Below, in pieces: positions 41,915 to 55,339 of a stretch of 64,000 nt of DNA. The notes beneath the pieces were generated by a model that saw nothing but the letters and a program-made list of their open reading frames with translations, searched no databases and was not told the origin of the DNA. Origin of the DNA: an uncultured Chthonomonadaceae bacterium (GTDB lineage: Bacteria; Armatimonadota; Chthonomonadetes; Chthonomonadales; Chthonomonadaceae); assembly GCA_963835065.1 (NCBI GenBank), contig CAWIEK010000054.1, forward strand, positions 1 through 64,000. Reading direction: 5' to 3'. Every line of letters begins with the position of its first letter. The first letter of the stretch is position 1. The translations under genes and the position numbers were made by a program.

Positions 41915-42879
41915 TTCCTCGCATACTCCACCGCATGATACGTCAAAATAATATCCGCGCCCGCGCGCTTGAAGGCGGTGAGGGTTTCAGCAATCACGCG
42001 GGCCTCGTCAATCCAGCCGTTGCGGGCGGCGGCTTTGACCATGCTGTACTCGCCCGATACATTATAAACGGCGAGCGGCACATCAAACGTTTCGCGGGCA
42101 TCTCGCAGAATGTCCAGATACGCCAGTCCCGGCTTGACCATCACCATGTCCGCGCCCTCATCAATGTCCTGCGCGATTTCCCGCAAGGCTTCGCGGCGAT
42201 TAGGCGGGTCCATCTGGTACGAGCGCCGATCTCCCATTTGCGGGGCGCTGTCCGCCGCTTCGCGGAACGGGCCATAAAAGCCGCTGGCGTATTTCGCGCT
42301 GTAGGCCATAATCGGCAGGTGTTCAAAGCCGTTCAGGTCAAGCGCCTGGCGTATGGCGGACACCCGCCCGTCCATCATATCGGATGGCGCGATAATATCC
42401 GCGCCCGCTTCGGCATAAGTGACGGCGGCCCGCGCCAAAAGTTCAAGCGTCGGATCGTTGGCAACCGTGTGAACGCCGTTGCGCATTTCCAGTACGCCGC
42501 AATGCCCGTGACTGGTGTACTCGCACAAACACACGTCCGGCACGATCAGCAATTTGTCGCCAACCGCGCGACGGACGGCGCGAATCGCCTGCGGCACAAT
42601 GCCCTGCGCATGGTAGCCACTGCTGCCAACCTCGTCCTTTTCTGCCGGGATGCCGAACAGCATGATTGCCGGAATGTCCAGGCTTGCCACTTCTTCCACA
42701 GCGCGGCATAAATCATCCACCGTATAGCGGAAAATACCCGGCATGGAGGCAATTTCGCGGCTCTGCTTTTCTTCGGTCACGAACATCGGGTACAGCAAAT
42801 CATCCGTTGTCACGCCATGTTCGCGCACCAATCGCCGCATCGCCTCACTGCTGCGCAATCGTCGCCCGCGTTTCATCAT
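41896..42879 (-). CDS. hemB: Porphobilinogen synthase
   Basis: DVCLCEYTSHGHCG, APSDMMDG, YGPFR, MVKP, VSGEY. Confidence 0.96.
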   Translation of the reverse strand: MMKRGRRLRSSEAMRRLVREHGVTTDDLLYPMFVTEEKQSREIASMPGIFRYTVDDLCRAVEEVASLDIPAIMLFGIPAEKDEVGSSGYHAQGIVPQAIRAVRRAVGDKLLIVPDVCLCEYTSHGHCGVLEMRNGVHTVANDPTLELLARAAVTYAEAGADIIAPSDMMDGRVSAIRQALDLNGFEHLPIMAYSAKYASGFYGPFREAADSAPQMGDRRSYQMDPPNRREALREIAQDIDEGADMVMVKPGLAYLDILRDARETFDVPLAVYNVSGEYSMVKAAARNGWIDEARVIAETLTAFKRAGADIILTYHAVEYARKVVSSQ

Positions 42880-42895
42880 GGGTCTTGTTCGCTTT

Positions 42896-43488
42896 CTACG
42901 GTATGCGCCGTGACCGCCGCAACAACAGGATCATCGCTGCTAATGACGCTCCTGCACTATCAATCATGACGTCTCTTACACAACCATCACGACCGGGTAC
43001 AAAGGTTTGATGCCATTCATCGAAGCGGCAGACAGAACGGCAAAATCAAGCGCTATGCCGATCGCTGCTGATCACGCTTCTGCCAACTATACCGATCATA
43101 GTAGCGTCTGCTTTACAGAACCATCACGACCGAGTACAAAGGTTTGATGCCATTCATCCGAAGCGGCAAACAGAACGGCAAAAACAAACGCTACGCCGAT
43201 GCTTTTTCGATATTGCCAATTAGTCAGAACCTGTAATGCTGCCGTACACAATGTAACCAAGATAGCGTATTCAGTCGCATGCCATCCCTTCACGATGAAA
43301 AACCAACTGACCAGCCAAAATTGTGCAAACCACTGCTGGAAGGCATTATCTTTACTCAATCCCTGTACAAAATGGACAAATGTGCTGAATGGAATTACAA
43401 AGGAAGAGGTAACAAAGATGAGTGTCAGCCACACTCCCACCATACGTAAGATACGCCATCGAGATTTGTTGACGGTTTCGTTATGAAA
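42896..43488 (-). pseudogene. VanZ-family membrane protein broken by an internal duplication
   Basis: H..EYAIL and SDEWHQTFV.GR motifs; stops at 43096; a diverged copy at ~42976-43062 carries the missing RDV.ID..G tail. Confidence 0.7.
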
Positions 43489-43643
43489 TTTCAATCTGGC
43501 TCACCAGCGCGTTCCTCCCAATTGGCCGCGTGTCCAGAGTTCACCCAACCGGTGCTTTTCCAGCCACACGCTCAGGTCATCAGCCGAAAGCCGCGTCATT
43601 TCTGTCTGCCCATTGTGCTTTATATCTTGTGTTGCTATATCCG

Positions 43644-45356
43644 CTACTTTCGTATCGTGTCGAAATGCTTCTCAATCGCCGCAACGAGGCCGGGAATGGT
43701 ATGCTCTTCGGCTTCAATATCCACGTTCAGGCCGAACTCGCGCAGGGTTTGCGCCGTAACCGGCCCGATGGCGGCAATGGTCGTGCTGCCAACGAGTTCA
43801 GATAGGGTGTTGGGTGTTGGGTGTTGGGTGTTGGGTTCCCCTGACCCCTGAACCCTGAACCCTGAACCCTGCTCCAACGCTTGCGCGAAATTGCGTACCG
43901 TTGACGACGCTGTGAAGGTTAAGACGTTTATCTCGCCGTTTTGTAACTGCTGCTTCAAGCGGTCGGAGGCCTCGCCGTCCATGCGGGTTTCGTAGGCGGC
44001 GATTACGTCTACGGTTGCGCCCCGTTCGCGCAGTTGGTCGGGCAGGATTTCGCGGGCTTCGCGGGCGCGGGGCAATAAAATGCGCTGCCCGGTCAAGTCA
44101 GAATCCGGCCACTCGGCAAGGATGGCTTCGGCAACCGCTTCAGTCGGCATGAAATCGGCGCGAAGTCCCAAATGCTGGCGGAGGGCGTCGGCAGTGGCAG
44201 GGCCAATGGCGGCAATGCGGGTCGCGTGGAAGGCGCGGGCGTCACGGTTAAGAACCTTCAGGCGTTCGGCTAAGACAGGAACCGTGTTCGCGCTGGTGAC
44301 AATCATCCATTGGTAGCGTTCAAGGTTGGAAAGCGCCTCGTCCAATTCGCTCATGTCGTCTAATCGGGCGATTTCGATGGCGGGAAATTCCAGCGGTTCC
44401 GCGCCCCGGATTCGCAGCAAATCCGATAGGGCGCTGGCCTGTTCCCGCGCCCGTGTGACCACAATCTTCTTGCCGAACAGGGGGCGCGAAGCCGGGTCAT
44501 CGAACCAGCGCAGGCGTTCGCGCAGTTTCACCACGTCGCCAACCACGCACACGGCGGGCGGCGTCAACCCGGCGCGTTTCACGTCCTCCACGATGGTTGC
44601 TAAGGTTCCCGTTACTACCTGCTGCCGCGTCCACGTGCCCCACTGCACAAGAGCAACGGGCGTTTGCGGGTCGCGTCCATTTTCCTGCAAACGGGAAGCG
44701 ATGTCAGGCAGGGCTTCCACGCCCATCAGAAAAATCAGCGTATCCCCTGCGTGGGCAATGTTGGCCCAGTTGCGGCGCTGCTCGGCTTCTCCCGGCGCGC
44801 GGGTTCCCGATTCGCGGCTGTCGTCGCGCTCATGCCCCGTGACAATGGCAAACGAAGACGCCATATCCCGGTGCGTGACGGGAATCCCGGCATACGCGGG
44901 CGCGGCAATCGCCGACGTAACCCCCGGCACAATCTCAAAGGGAACGCCCGCGTCCCGGCACTCCTCGGCCTCCTCACCGCCCCTGCCGAACACAAACGGG
45001 TCGCCGCCCTTCAGTCGCGCCACGTTCTTGCCCTGCTTTGCCCGATCCAGCAGCAGCGCGTTAATATCCGGCTGCTTCATAGCGTGATGGGCGCTCACCT
45101 TGCCGACATACACTTTTTCCGCGTCTGCCCGCGCATAATCCAGCAGCGAGGGATGCGCCAAACGGTCATACACCACCACATCCGCCGTTTGCAGCAAATG
45201 CCGCCCCCGCACCGTAATCAATCCCGGATCCCCCGGACCCGCGCCGATAAGGTAAACCGTGCCAGGGTGAGGATTTTGAGTTGATAGTTGATAGTTGATA
45301 GTTGATAGGGATTGTTCTGTTCCCTGTTCCCTGTTCCCTGTTCCCTGTTCTTCCAC
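43644..45356 (-). CDS. cobA: Uroporphyrinogen-III C-methyltransferase / synthase fusion (CobA-HemD)
   Basis: [49 protein letters not shown]. Confidence 0.93.
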   Translation of the reverse strand: MEEQGTGNREQGTEQSLSTINYQLSTQNPHPGTVYLIGAGPGDPGLITVRGRHLLQTADVVVYDRLAHPSLLDYARADAEKVYVGKVSAHHAMKQPDINALLLDRAKQGKNVARLKGGDPFVFGRGGEEAEECRDAGVPFEIVPGVTSAIAAPAYAGIPVTHRDMASSFAIVTGHERDDSRESGTRAPGEAEQRRNWANIAHAGDTLIFLMGVEALPDIASRLQENGRDPQTPVALVQWGTWTRQQVVTGTLATIVEDVKRAGLTPPAVCVVGDVVKLRERLRWFDDPASRPLFGKKIVVTRAREQASALSDLLRIRGAEPLEFPAIEIARLDDMSELDEALSNLERYQWMIVTSANTVPVLAERLKVLNRDARAFHATRIAAIGPATADALRQHLGLRADFMPTEAVAEAILAEWPDSDLTGQRILLPRAREAREILPDQLRERGATVDVIAAYETRMDGEASDRLKQQLQNGEINVLTFTASSTVRNFAQALEQGSGFRVQGSGEPNTQHPTPNTLSELVGSTTIAAIGPVTAQTLREFGLNVDIEAEEHTIPGLVAAIEKHFDTIRK

Positions 45357-46178
45357 TTATCCCTCTTCCCTTTTCCCTTTTCCCTTATGCCCGCGTACCA
45401 TCAGTACGAAGCGGGGGAGCAGCATGACTTTGCCGATTTTGCGGGGATTTTTGAGGACGCGCCACAGCCATTCCAATTTTAATTGGCGCATGAATTTTGG
45501 GGCGCGTTTTACCGTATCGGAAAGCACGTCCAGAGTACCGCCCACGCCGATTAAGACGGGAACGCCCAGCGTGGCGCGGTGCTTGGCGATCCATTTTTCC
45601 TGTTTAGGAATGCCCATCGCCACGCACAGCACGTCCGGGCGGCAGGCGCGAATATCATTCAGAACCGTTGGCAAATCCGCGTCCGTAAAAAAGCCGTTGC
45701 GCGCGCCGACGATCTGCGCGCCGGGGTATTTTGCTTCCATGCGGGCTTTAGCGGCGTCCGCAATTCCGGGCGCGGCTCCCAAAAAATAGAGTTTCTGCCC
45801 ATGCTGCGCGGAACGTTCGCACAAGCGCTCGACAATTTCCACGCCGGAAACCCGCTCGGAAAGAGCATTTTCCTGCTGCCGCGACGCCCACAGAATGCCT
45901 TCGCTGTCGGGCGTAATCAAGTCAGCGTTGGCGACAATAGCGCGAAGTTCCTCATCCTGCTGCGCCATGACCAGCATGGACGCATCCGCCGTCACGACAT
46001 GATGCGGCGTTCCGGCGCGAATGAAACCGTCAATGGTGTCCAGCGCGTCTCGCATGGTGACGCGGTGAACGGGCATGTCTAAAATATGGATGGTGGGCAG
46101 AGTGGCAGGCATAGCGAATGGGGCAGACGTTACCGAAGTCGCAGATAAGGTTGTCATTAGGGTGCTTCTTGTTTCCAC
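45357..46178 (-). CDS. WecB/TagA/CpsF glycosyltransferase (start uncertain)
   Basis: ERVSG.E, MGIPKQEKW, GVGG..D, RAP, LEWLWR motifs. Confidence 0.9.
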   Translation of the reverse strand: METRSTLMTTLSATSVTSAPFAMPATLPTIHILDMPVHRVTMRDALDTIDGFIRAGTPHHVVTADASMLVMAQQDEELRAIVANADLITPDSEGILWASRQQENALSERVSGVEIVERLCERSAQHGQKLYFLGAAPGIADAAKARMEAKYPGAQIVGARNGFFTDADLPTVLNDIRACRPDVLCVAMGIPKQEKWIAKHRATLGVPVLIGVGGTLDVLSDTVKRAPKFMRQLKLEWLWRVLKNPRKIGKVMLLPRFVLMVRGHKGKGKREEG

Positions 46179-46332
46179 GCCGCGCTGCGATAGAGTACAA
46201 TAGAAGGTGAGACAAGCGACGTTGAAAATGGAATTGAAAAGCGCAGCGACAGCCTACACTATCAGTACGCTTTAGCGCGGCGCATTGGCAAATTTGCAGG
46301 CCATGGGCCTGTAGCTAGTATACCCGACAGAA

Positions 46333-46445
46333 AGGGGTCAGGATTCAGGATTCAGGGGTCAGGCAAATACATGCCTTACTTGTTCTATCGTATACTGTAG
46401 AACGGGCTTACGAAGCAATACCCTGAATCCTGAATCCTGAATCCT
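46333..46445. repeat. Inverted heptamer arrays (AGGATTC)n / (CCTGAAT)n upstream of nusB
   Basis: 46333-46363 versus 46421-46445. Confidence 0.8.
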
Positions 46446-46464
46446 TTGCGAAAAAGGTTATCCC

Positions 46465-48066
46465 GTGATAAGTTCAAGACGGCTGGCCCGCGAATGGGCC
46501 TTAAAAATATTATATCAGAGGGAGCATGTCACGCCTGCCGCGCAAGCGGCGCTGGAAACCGCGCGCCGCGAAATCGAGCGGGCGGGGGAGCGCTTGCGCC
46601 AGCAAATCATGCGCGAAGCCGTAGAGATCGCGGTGGGCGCATTGCGGAGCGGGCAGGAGCAGTTGGAGCGCGAAGTGACGCAGGCCGGCTACAGTTTTAC
46701 GGAAACCCGCGAACTGCTGCACGACCTGCGCAATAATGCCAATGCCGTGCGCAACAAGCGCCCCATACCCCTCGTGGTTCGGGAGATGGCGCAGGCGTTT
46801 GCCCTGCTCGACGAACTGCGGATGCAGGGCGAGCGGCTTACGCCTCCGCTGCGCGCCGAAACCGTAAGCGGCTTTCTGTCGGAAGCGCGCGAACGGCTGC
46901 AAGACCATGCCCGCGTTGTGCGCGAACGGCTTGAGCAGGAAATGGTGAACGACGCGCAGGAACGCCTGCGGCTGGAATTCGTGCAGCGCGGTTCTCATGC
47001 GGCGAGTGGTTCCCTTGTGGAGCAAATCTGTCTGGATGTGTTCACGTCCGGCCTGCGCGACCTACTGCCCGAAGCAAGCCCGCCCTTGGAGCGCGCGCTT
47101 GCCCTTGCCGCTTCGCGCCTGTTGAGCGAGGTCCCGTACTGGCAGGAGCAGCGCATTGACCGTCTGTTCCGCGAACCGTCGTCCGCCCTGCCGAATACGG
47201 CACGGCGCATCCGCATCAGCGCCGTTGCCCAGACGTTCGGGCTGTCGGAAGGGGAAATCGCCGGCCTGCCCGCCTTGCAGCCGCCGCGCCTGCTGTCGGC
47301 GGCATCGGGCGGGCTTGTCGCGCCGGAAGCAGGACAGGGTTCCGATCCTCTGAACGCCCTCATCGCGCAATTGTCTGCCGAAGACACTGCCCGCCTGCAG
47401 GCGTTTGCGCGGCAGGCGCGGCAAAACCTGCCCGAACGCCTGGAAGCGGAGTTCCGTAAGGAAGGCATCGCGTTCGTGCAGGCAGTGGTTGCCAACCGTC
47501 CGTCCGGCGTGTCCCATGCGGACATGCAGGCGTATTTGCGAACTCAGCGCGAAACATTCAACCGGGCGCAGGCGGAGCGTTGGAAAAAGGTCGGCGCGAT
47601 TGTAGAAAAGCAGATTGGGGATTGGCTGCGAACATCCGGTTTCGCGCTCCGTCTGGTGCAGGGCGTGTCTGCCAGACAAAGCGAAATTGACGCCGCCATT
47701 GTCGCCCTGTCTGCCGGCTGGAATCTGGAGCGGCAAGTGGCTGTAGACCGCAGCATCCTGCGCATCGGCGGCTACGAGATGCTATTCATGGACAACATTC
47801 CCACTGCCGCGTCCATCAATGAAGCCGTCGAACTCGCCAAAAAGTACAGCACAACTAAGTCCGGGCGTTTCGTCAATGGCGTTTTGGGCGCGCTCGCTGT
47901 CCAGGTCGGCAGCAAAGCCGCCGCGCCCGCCGAACCGCAAACATCCGCCACCGACAACGCCGCAAATGACAATGACGACTTAATTGACATCTCCGAAGAC
48001 GAAGAGGTTGATATAGACGAAAACTCTTCCGACAGCGACCGCAGTATGGATGAGGAAAACGGATAA
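46465..48066 (+). CDS. nusB: Transcription antitermination factor NusB with ~370-aa insertion
   Basis: N-terminal RRLARE.ALKILYQ; C-terminal W.LER...VDR.ILR, INEAVELAKKY, FVNGVLG; upstream of folD. Confidence 0.85.
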   Translation: MISSRRLAREWALKILYQREHVTPAAQAALETARREIERAGERLRQQIMREAVEIAVGALRSGQEQLEREVTQAGYSFTETRELLHDLRNNANAVRNKRPIPLVVREMAQAFALLDELRMQGERLTPPLRAETVSGFLSEARERLQDHARVVRERLEQEMVNDAQERLRLEFVQRGSHAASGSLVEQICLDVFTSGLRDLLPEASPPLERALALAASRLLSEVPYWQEQRIDRLFREPSSALPNTARRIRISAVAQTFGLSEGEIAGLPALQPPRLLSAASGGLVAPEAGQGSDPLNALIAQLSAEDTARLQAFARQARQNLPERLEAEFRKEGIAFVQAVVANRPSGVSHADMQAYLRTQRETFNRAQAERWKKVGAIVEKQIGDWLRTSGFALRLVQGVSARQSEIDAAIVALSAGWNLERQVAVDRSILRIGGYEMLFMDNIPTAASINEAVELAKKYSTTKSGRFVNGVLGALAVQVGSKAAAPAEPQTSATDNAANDNDDLIDISEDEEVDIDENSSDSDRSMDEENG

Positions 48067-49031
48067 TGGCAGAAGAGCAGGCAACAGAAGGAAATGCTGA
48101 ACGCGGAATGATGAGTGATGAATTGAATTCCCATTCATCACTCAGCACTCAGCACTCATCACTTCCTTCCCCCTCAACCCTCCTCGACGGCATGGCAACC
48201 GCGCGAACCCTGCGGGCGGAAATCGCCGAACAGGTGCGGGACGTAAAGGCGAAGGGCGTCATTCCGCATCTGGCTGCCGTGCTGATCGGGGCGGACCCCG
48301 CCTCAGAAACGTATGTCGCCATGAAGCAGAAGGCGTGTAAATGGGTGGGCATGGACAGCAGCGTTCACCGCCTGCCCACCGATACCACGCAGGCCGAAGC
48401 GGAAGCCCTCGTAGAACGCTTAAACGCCGATCCTGCCATAAGCGGCATTTTGGTGCAGCATCCCCTGCCCAAACATCTGCATGAGCCGGCGGTTCTGGAT
48501 CGCGTATCCCCCGGCAAAGACATTGACGGCATCAGTCGCATGAGTCTGGGCGGACTTATCAACAACGAACCCGCGTTTCCGTCCTGCACCCCGGCAGGCA
48601 TCATCGAACTGCTGGACAGATACCACATTCCCATTGAGGGCAAAACGGCGGTTGTCGTGGGACGCAGTATCATTTTGGGCAAGCCCGTCGCCATGATGCT
48701 GCTCAACCGCAACGCTACCGTCACGATCTGCCATTCGCGGACGCCCAATCTGGCCGAAGTGACGCGGCAGGCGGACATTCTCGTGGCGGCAGTGGGGCGC
48801 GCGGAACTGATTACCGGCGACATGATCAAGCCGGGCGCAGCCGTCATGGACGCGGGCTACAATCGCGTTGAGGGCAGGGGCGGCGATGTGGGCGACGTGC
48901 ATTTCGAGTCCGCTTCCCGCGTAGCGGCTTACATCACGCCCGTTCCCGGCGGCGTCGGCCCCATGACCATTGCCATGCTCCTGCGCAACACGCTCCATGC
49001 GGCTCAGGCAACCCTTGCCTCTTCCCCTTGA
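48066..49031 (+). CDS. folD: Methylenetetrahydrofolate dehydrogenase/cyclohydrolase
   Basis: YV.MK, GILVQ.PLP, KDIDG, GRS..GKP, TPVPGGVGPMT. Confidence 0.95.
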   Translation: MAEEQATEGNAERGMMSDELNSHSSLSTQHSSLPSPSTLLDGMATARTLRAEIAEQVRDVKAKGVIPHLAAVLIGADPASETYVAMKQKACKWVGMDSSVHRLPTDTTQAEAEALVERLNADPAISGILVQHPLPKHLHEPAVLDRVSPGKDIDGISRMSLGGLINNEPAFPSCTPAGIIELLDRYHIPIEGKTAVVVGRSIILGKPVAMMLLNRNATVTICHSRTPNLAEVTRQADILVAAVGRAELITGDMIKPGAAVMDAGYNRVEGRGGDVGDVHFESASRVAAYITPVPGGVGPMTIAMLLRNTLHAAQATLASSP

Positions 49032-49292
49032 TATTCCCAACCAAAAATCCTGTTTCTCATCTATTTCTCATAAAACAGCCTTGTCAACAAAGGGATAAGG
49101 CTTCGCAAAAGCGAATAGGAACACGCACTGCACAGGCCGGCATTTGCCGGCCTGTATAATTTTGTAAAAAATTTCTAATTTCAAGCCGCCCTCATTGCGT
49201 CTCCAATCGCATAAATAAGTTGCTCCCCTCTCCTGGCGCGCAGCGCGGTCAGGAGAGGGGCCGGGGGTGAGGCAAACCGAAGGAGCAAAGCC

Positions 49293-51959
<2,667 letters not shown>

Positions 51960-52158
51960 AGGAAGAAAAGAAGAAAAGGAGAAAAGGAGAGGGGAGAAAA
52001 ACCACAGAGGGCAGGGAGAACACGGAGAAGGTTGAAAGCAATCGACGTGGAAATACCGGCTTGTAGGCGCTTCGCGCCTATGTTATATCTTGAACTATTC
52101 AGGTATAATTCAACAAGCTATTTTCCTGTCGCTGCATTGAGAGAAGGGAGGAACGATC

Positions 52159-52422
52159 ATGCCAACCGAAGCGCGTCGCAGAGGGCCGAAGAAGCGACTT
52201 ATAGAACCGGTGAGGTTGTCTACGCAGTTGGAAAAGTCTACTATTGACAAGCTCGCCTCGTATTGTGAAGAACATCGTATTCCGCTGACAGTGGGATTTA
52301 CCAGAGCAATAGAGATGTTAGTACAACCGGAAAACGGGCGCGTGACCGCTCTGGCGAGTGAGCAGGCATTGCGCAAGATATGGGACACGCCGGAAGAGGA
52401 TGAAGCGTGGCAGCATTTGTAA
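52159..52422 (+). CDS. Antitoxin of the MazF/PemK pair
   Basis: C-terminal ASE..L...W..PEEDEAW..L; overlaps the toxin. Confidence 0.75.
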   Translation: MPTEARRRGPKKRLIEPVRLSTQLEKSTIDKLASYCEEHRIPLTVGFTRAIEMLVQPENGRVTALASEQALRKIWDTPEEDEAWQHL

Positions 52423-52745
52423 AAGGGGATATTGTCGTAGTTCCCTTCCCGTTTTCTGTCGGCCCCGGTTCCAAGCGTCGGCCAGCGCTCGTCGTGGCGT
52501 CGTGGCCGTTTGCGGGCAGCACGGATTACCTGCTGTGTCTTATCTCCAGCCAGGCCGTAAACGCCCCGTATATCATGCGACTGGAAGCGAGCGACATTCA
52601 GGGCGGTACACTCAGCCGCCAGAGTTATGTGCGCCCATCTTATCTATTTGCTGCCGATGAAGGGATGATTGTTTACAAAGTGGGAACATTGGAAAGTGGC
52701 AAGTTCACGCAAGTAGTGGAGACAATCATCGGCGTGTTGCAGTAG
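52407..52745 (+). CDS. mazF: PemK/MazF family toxin
   Basis: KGDIVVVPFPF...K.RPALV, ISSQ, S.VR motifs. Confidence 0.88.
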   Translation: MAAFVKGDIVVVPFPFSVGPGSKRRPALVVASWPFAGSTDYLLCLISSQAVNAPYIMRLEASDIQGGTLSRQSYVRPSYLFAADEGMIVYKVGTLESGKFTQVVETIIGVLQ

Positions 52746-52772
52746 ATAAATTGTGATCCAACGAGCAACACC

Positions 52773-53636
52773 ATGAACAAACGCCGCTTCAAACGCTCTA
52801 TCCTCCTTGCTTGCGGCCTGTTGCTCGTACTGGTGAATATGCCGGGTTTGTTGCTGTGGAAAGCAAAGCGACAGTACGCCCTCAACCGCCAACTGATTGC
52901 CGCTCTTGAACGCTACGATAATAAGCAGGCGCTTTCCCTCGTTAATGCCGGAGCCGACTCGAACACGCGCTACAACGCTTCGCCTGCGCCTTCCCTGCCG
53001 CAACTGGCGCGGCAGCTACTTCATCGTTCACCGCCGCTTGTAGATGACAGTTCTACGGCGTTCCTGTTTGTTTGTGGAGCGCACTGGCATTTTTCAGATC
53101 GTTTCATCATTGTGCGTGAAAAAAAATCGGAAGAGGGGCTTTTAGTTCGTACTATGCTGGCGAATGGCGGGGATTGCAACGCCAGAGACTCACAAGATGT
53201 ATCCGCTCTGCATTGGGCTATTTGGCGTGACTATTCGGAGACGGTTCAACTTCTTCTGGAATATGGCGCGAACGTCAACGATCAAGATAGAGAAGGCAAG
53301 ACACCGCTGATGTTAGCTGTTGAGGTACGCGACACGGGCATGACGCGCCTTCTGCTAGAGCATGGCGCGAACGTTTCTATGGCAGATAAATAGGGCGATA
53401 CTGCTTTGCATTTCGCTGTAAGTAGCGACTATGGTGAAGATCGCCTCCATCTTCTAATGGCACATGGAGGCGATCCGAATTATCGTAACAAGAAGGGCGT
53501 TACTCCAATCATGCTTGCCCAACAGGCGGGGCGTCCCGACCTTGTAGCGCTGCTGCGGGGAAACGGTAGGTTCTACCCTCATCCGGCCTATATACAGCAA
53601 CGCACAATGTCAGCGTACTTACACTCTTCTTGGTAA
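52773..53636 (+). pseudogene. Membrane-anchored ankyrin repeat protein with in-frame TAG at 53391-53393
   Basis: G.TPL.LA repeats; ADK*GDTALHFAV continues in the same frame. Confidence 0.8.
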
Positions 53637-53758
53637 CGCGGGAACGGTCAGGGAGAAGGGCTGGGGTTGAGGGTACGCGCTCGCAGCAGGAATTACTTTT
53701 GAGGCATCAGAATCATGCAGACAGTGTGACGCTGCTGTGAAAGGGCGCAAAGAAACCT

Positions 53759-54003
53759 ATGAACAAAGGCCGGCTTCAACGTTCGGCCCTCCTTGCTTGC
53801 AGCCTGCTGTTGTTGGTGGTGGCTGTGCCTTGTGTACTGACGTGGCGAGAATGGCGACAGGAGCATCTTAATCGCGCTCTAATCACGGCGCTTCAACGTA
53901 ATAAGGCTCAGGAGGCTATGGCATTGCTGGAGCAAGGAGTGGATGCGAAAACCCACGCTGCCACTCCTGATACACGCTCCTTTCGACAGATGCTCTGGGA
54001 TTA
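53759..54003 (+). pseudogene. Paralogous ankyrin gene 5' fragment truncated by IS3
   Basis: MNK.R..RS.LLAC.LLL...LNR.LI.AL matches the 52773 gene; no continuation beyond the IS. Confidence 0.75.
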
Positions 54004-55275
54004 TAATGTACCCAAGAATTCGGACAATGGTTTAAGGTGGTGGCTGTGTCACAATGAACATAGGAGAACCCATCATGTCTACAATCCGTAAACGCTATTC
54101 TGCCGAATTCAAGGCCAAGTTGGCTCTGGAAATGGTCAAAGGCAACCACACTCTCGCCGAGATTGCCAGTGACGCGCAAGTACATCCCAATCTGCTGATG
54201 CAGTGGAAGAAACAACTGCTCGACAGCCTGCCCACCGTCTTTGCCGACAAGCGGGTCAAGGACAACAAAGACCAGGAAGAGAAAGAAGCCCAACTCTACC
54301 AGCAGATCGGCCAACTCAAAGTCGAACTCGACGTCCTTCCCTTTCCGGCTCAAAAAAAATCAGGCCGCCTCGGTTGAGACATTGCGGCAGCGGGTCGAAA
54401 CCGACCATGCGCAGATCAGTATTGCCCGTCAATGTGACCTGTTGGGCTTGTCGCGTTCGGGCTACTACTACCAGCCGACAGGCGAAAGCGAACTCAATAT
54501 GCTTCTCATGCGCCTGATAGATAAGGAGTACACCGCCCATCCGTTCTTCGGCTGTCGCAAAATGGTACATGTGCTGCGCACAGACGGGTATGTCGTCAAC
54601 AAGAAGCGGATTGCCCGCTTGATGGCGGTCATGGGCTTGCAGGCGATGGTTCCGGGTCCGAATACGAGTCGTTCCTGTCCTGAGAACCCGGTGTACCCGT
54701 ACCGGCTGCGCGGTGTCAAGATCACAGCGGTCAATCAGGTGTGGAGTTGTGACCTCCCCTCTATTCCCTTACCGAAAGGATTTGTGTACCTGTTCGCCAT
54801 TCTCGATTGGTATAGCCGCTTCGTCCTGAACTGGCAACTTTCCAACACACTCGACCCCACCTTCTGTCTCGAAGGACTGGATCAGGCACTGGGAAGCGGC
54901 AAGCCCACGATCTTCAATAGTGATCAAGGCGTCCAATTTACCAGCAAAGAGTTCACCGGTCGCTTGCTATCCGCTGACATTACGATCAGCATGGATGGGC
55001 GGGGCCGGGCGCTGGACAACATCTTCGTGGAACGCTTATGGCGAACGGTCAAGTATGAAGACGTCTATCTGAAAGGCTACGAAACGCCCAAAGAAGTGTA
55101 CAGCGGATTGTGCGACTACTTTCAGTTCTATAATGAAGCGCGGCCGCATCAGGCATTGGGCTACAAAACGCCGGCCCAAGTGTATCACCAATCGCTCGGT
55201 TGTTAGAGTACCGACAACCGACACAACGGCCACCTTAAACAACGCGAAAATTTGTCTTGACAAAGGGGGACACTA
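54004..55275 (+). mobile_element. IS3-family element (orfA 54075-54377, orfB to 55206)
   Basis: RKRYSAEFKAK..LE, A8 slip site, W..D, SDQG.QF, DNIFVERLWRT.KYE; IRs TAATGTACCC..GACAA / TTGTC..GGGGACACTA. Confidence 0.92.
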
Positions 55276-55297
55276 TACTCGTTGCCTGTATGGATAG

Positions 55298-55339
55298 AAA
55301 CAAAAATTCCTCCACTCCTAAACTTCAGGAATGGAGGAA
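55298..55339 (-). terminator. Intrinsic terminator after the recA remnant
   Basis: TTCCTCCA...TGGAGGAA stem followed on the minus strand by TTTTTGTTT. Confidence 0.6.

Noticed and set aside
42976..43200. Diverged repeat pair as DGR template/variable repeats
   Set aside because: No reverse transcriptase in the window; differences are not adenine-specific on the coding strand and include an indel
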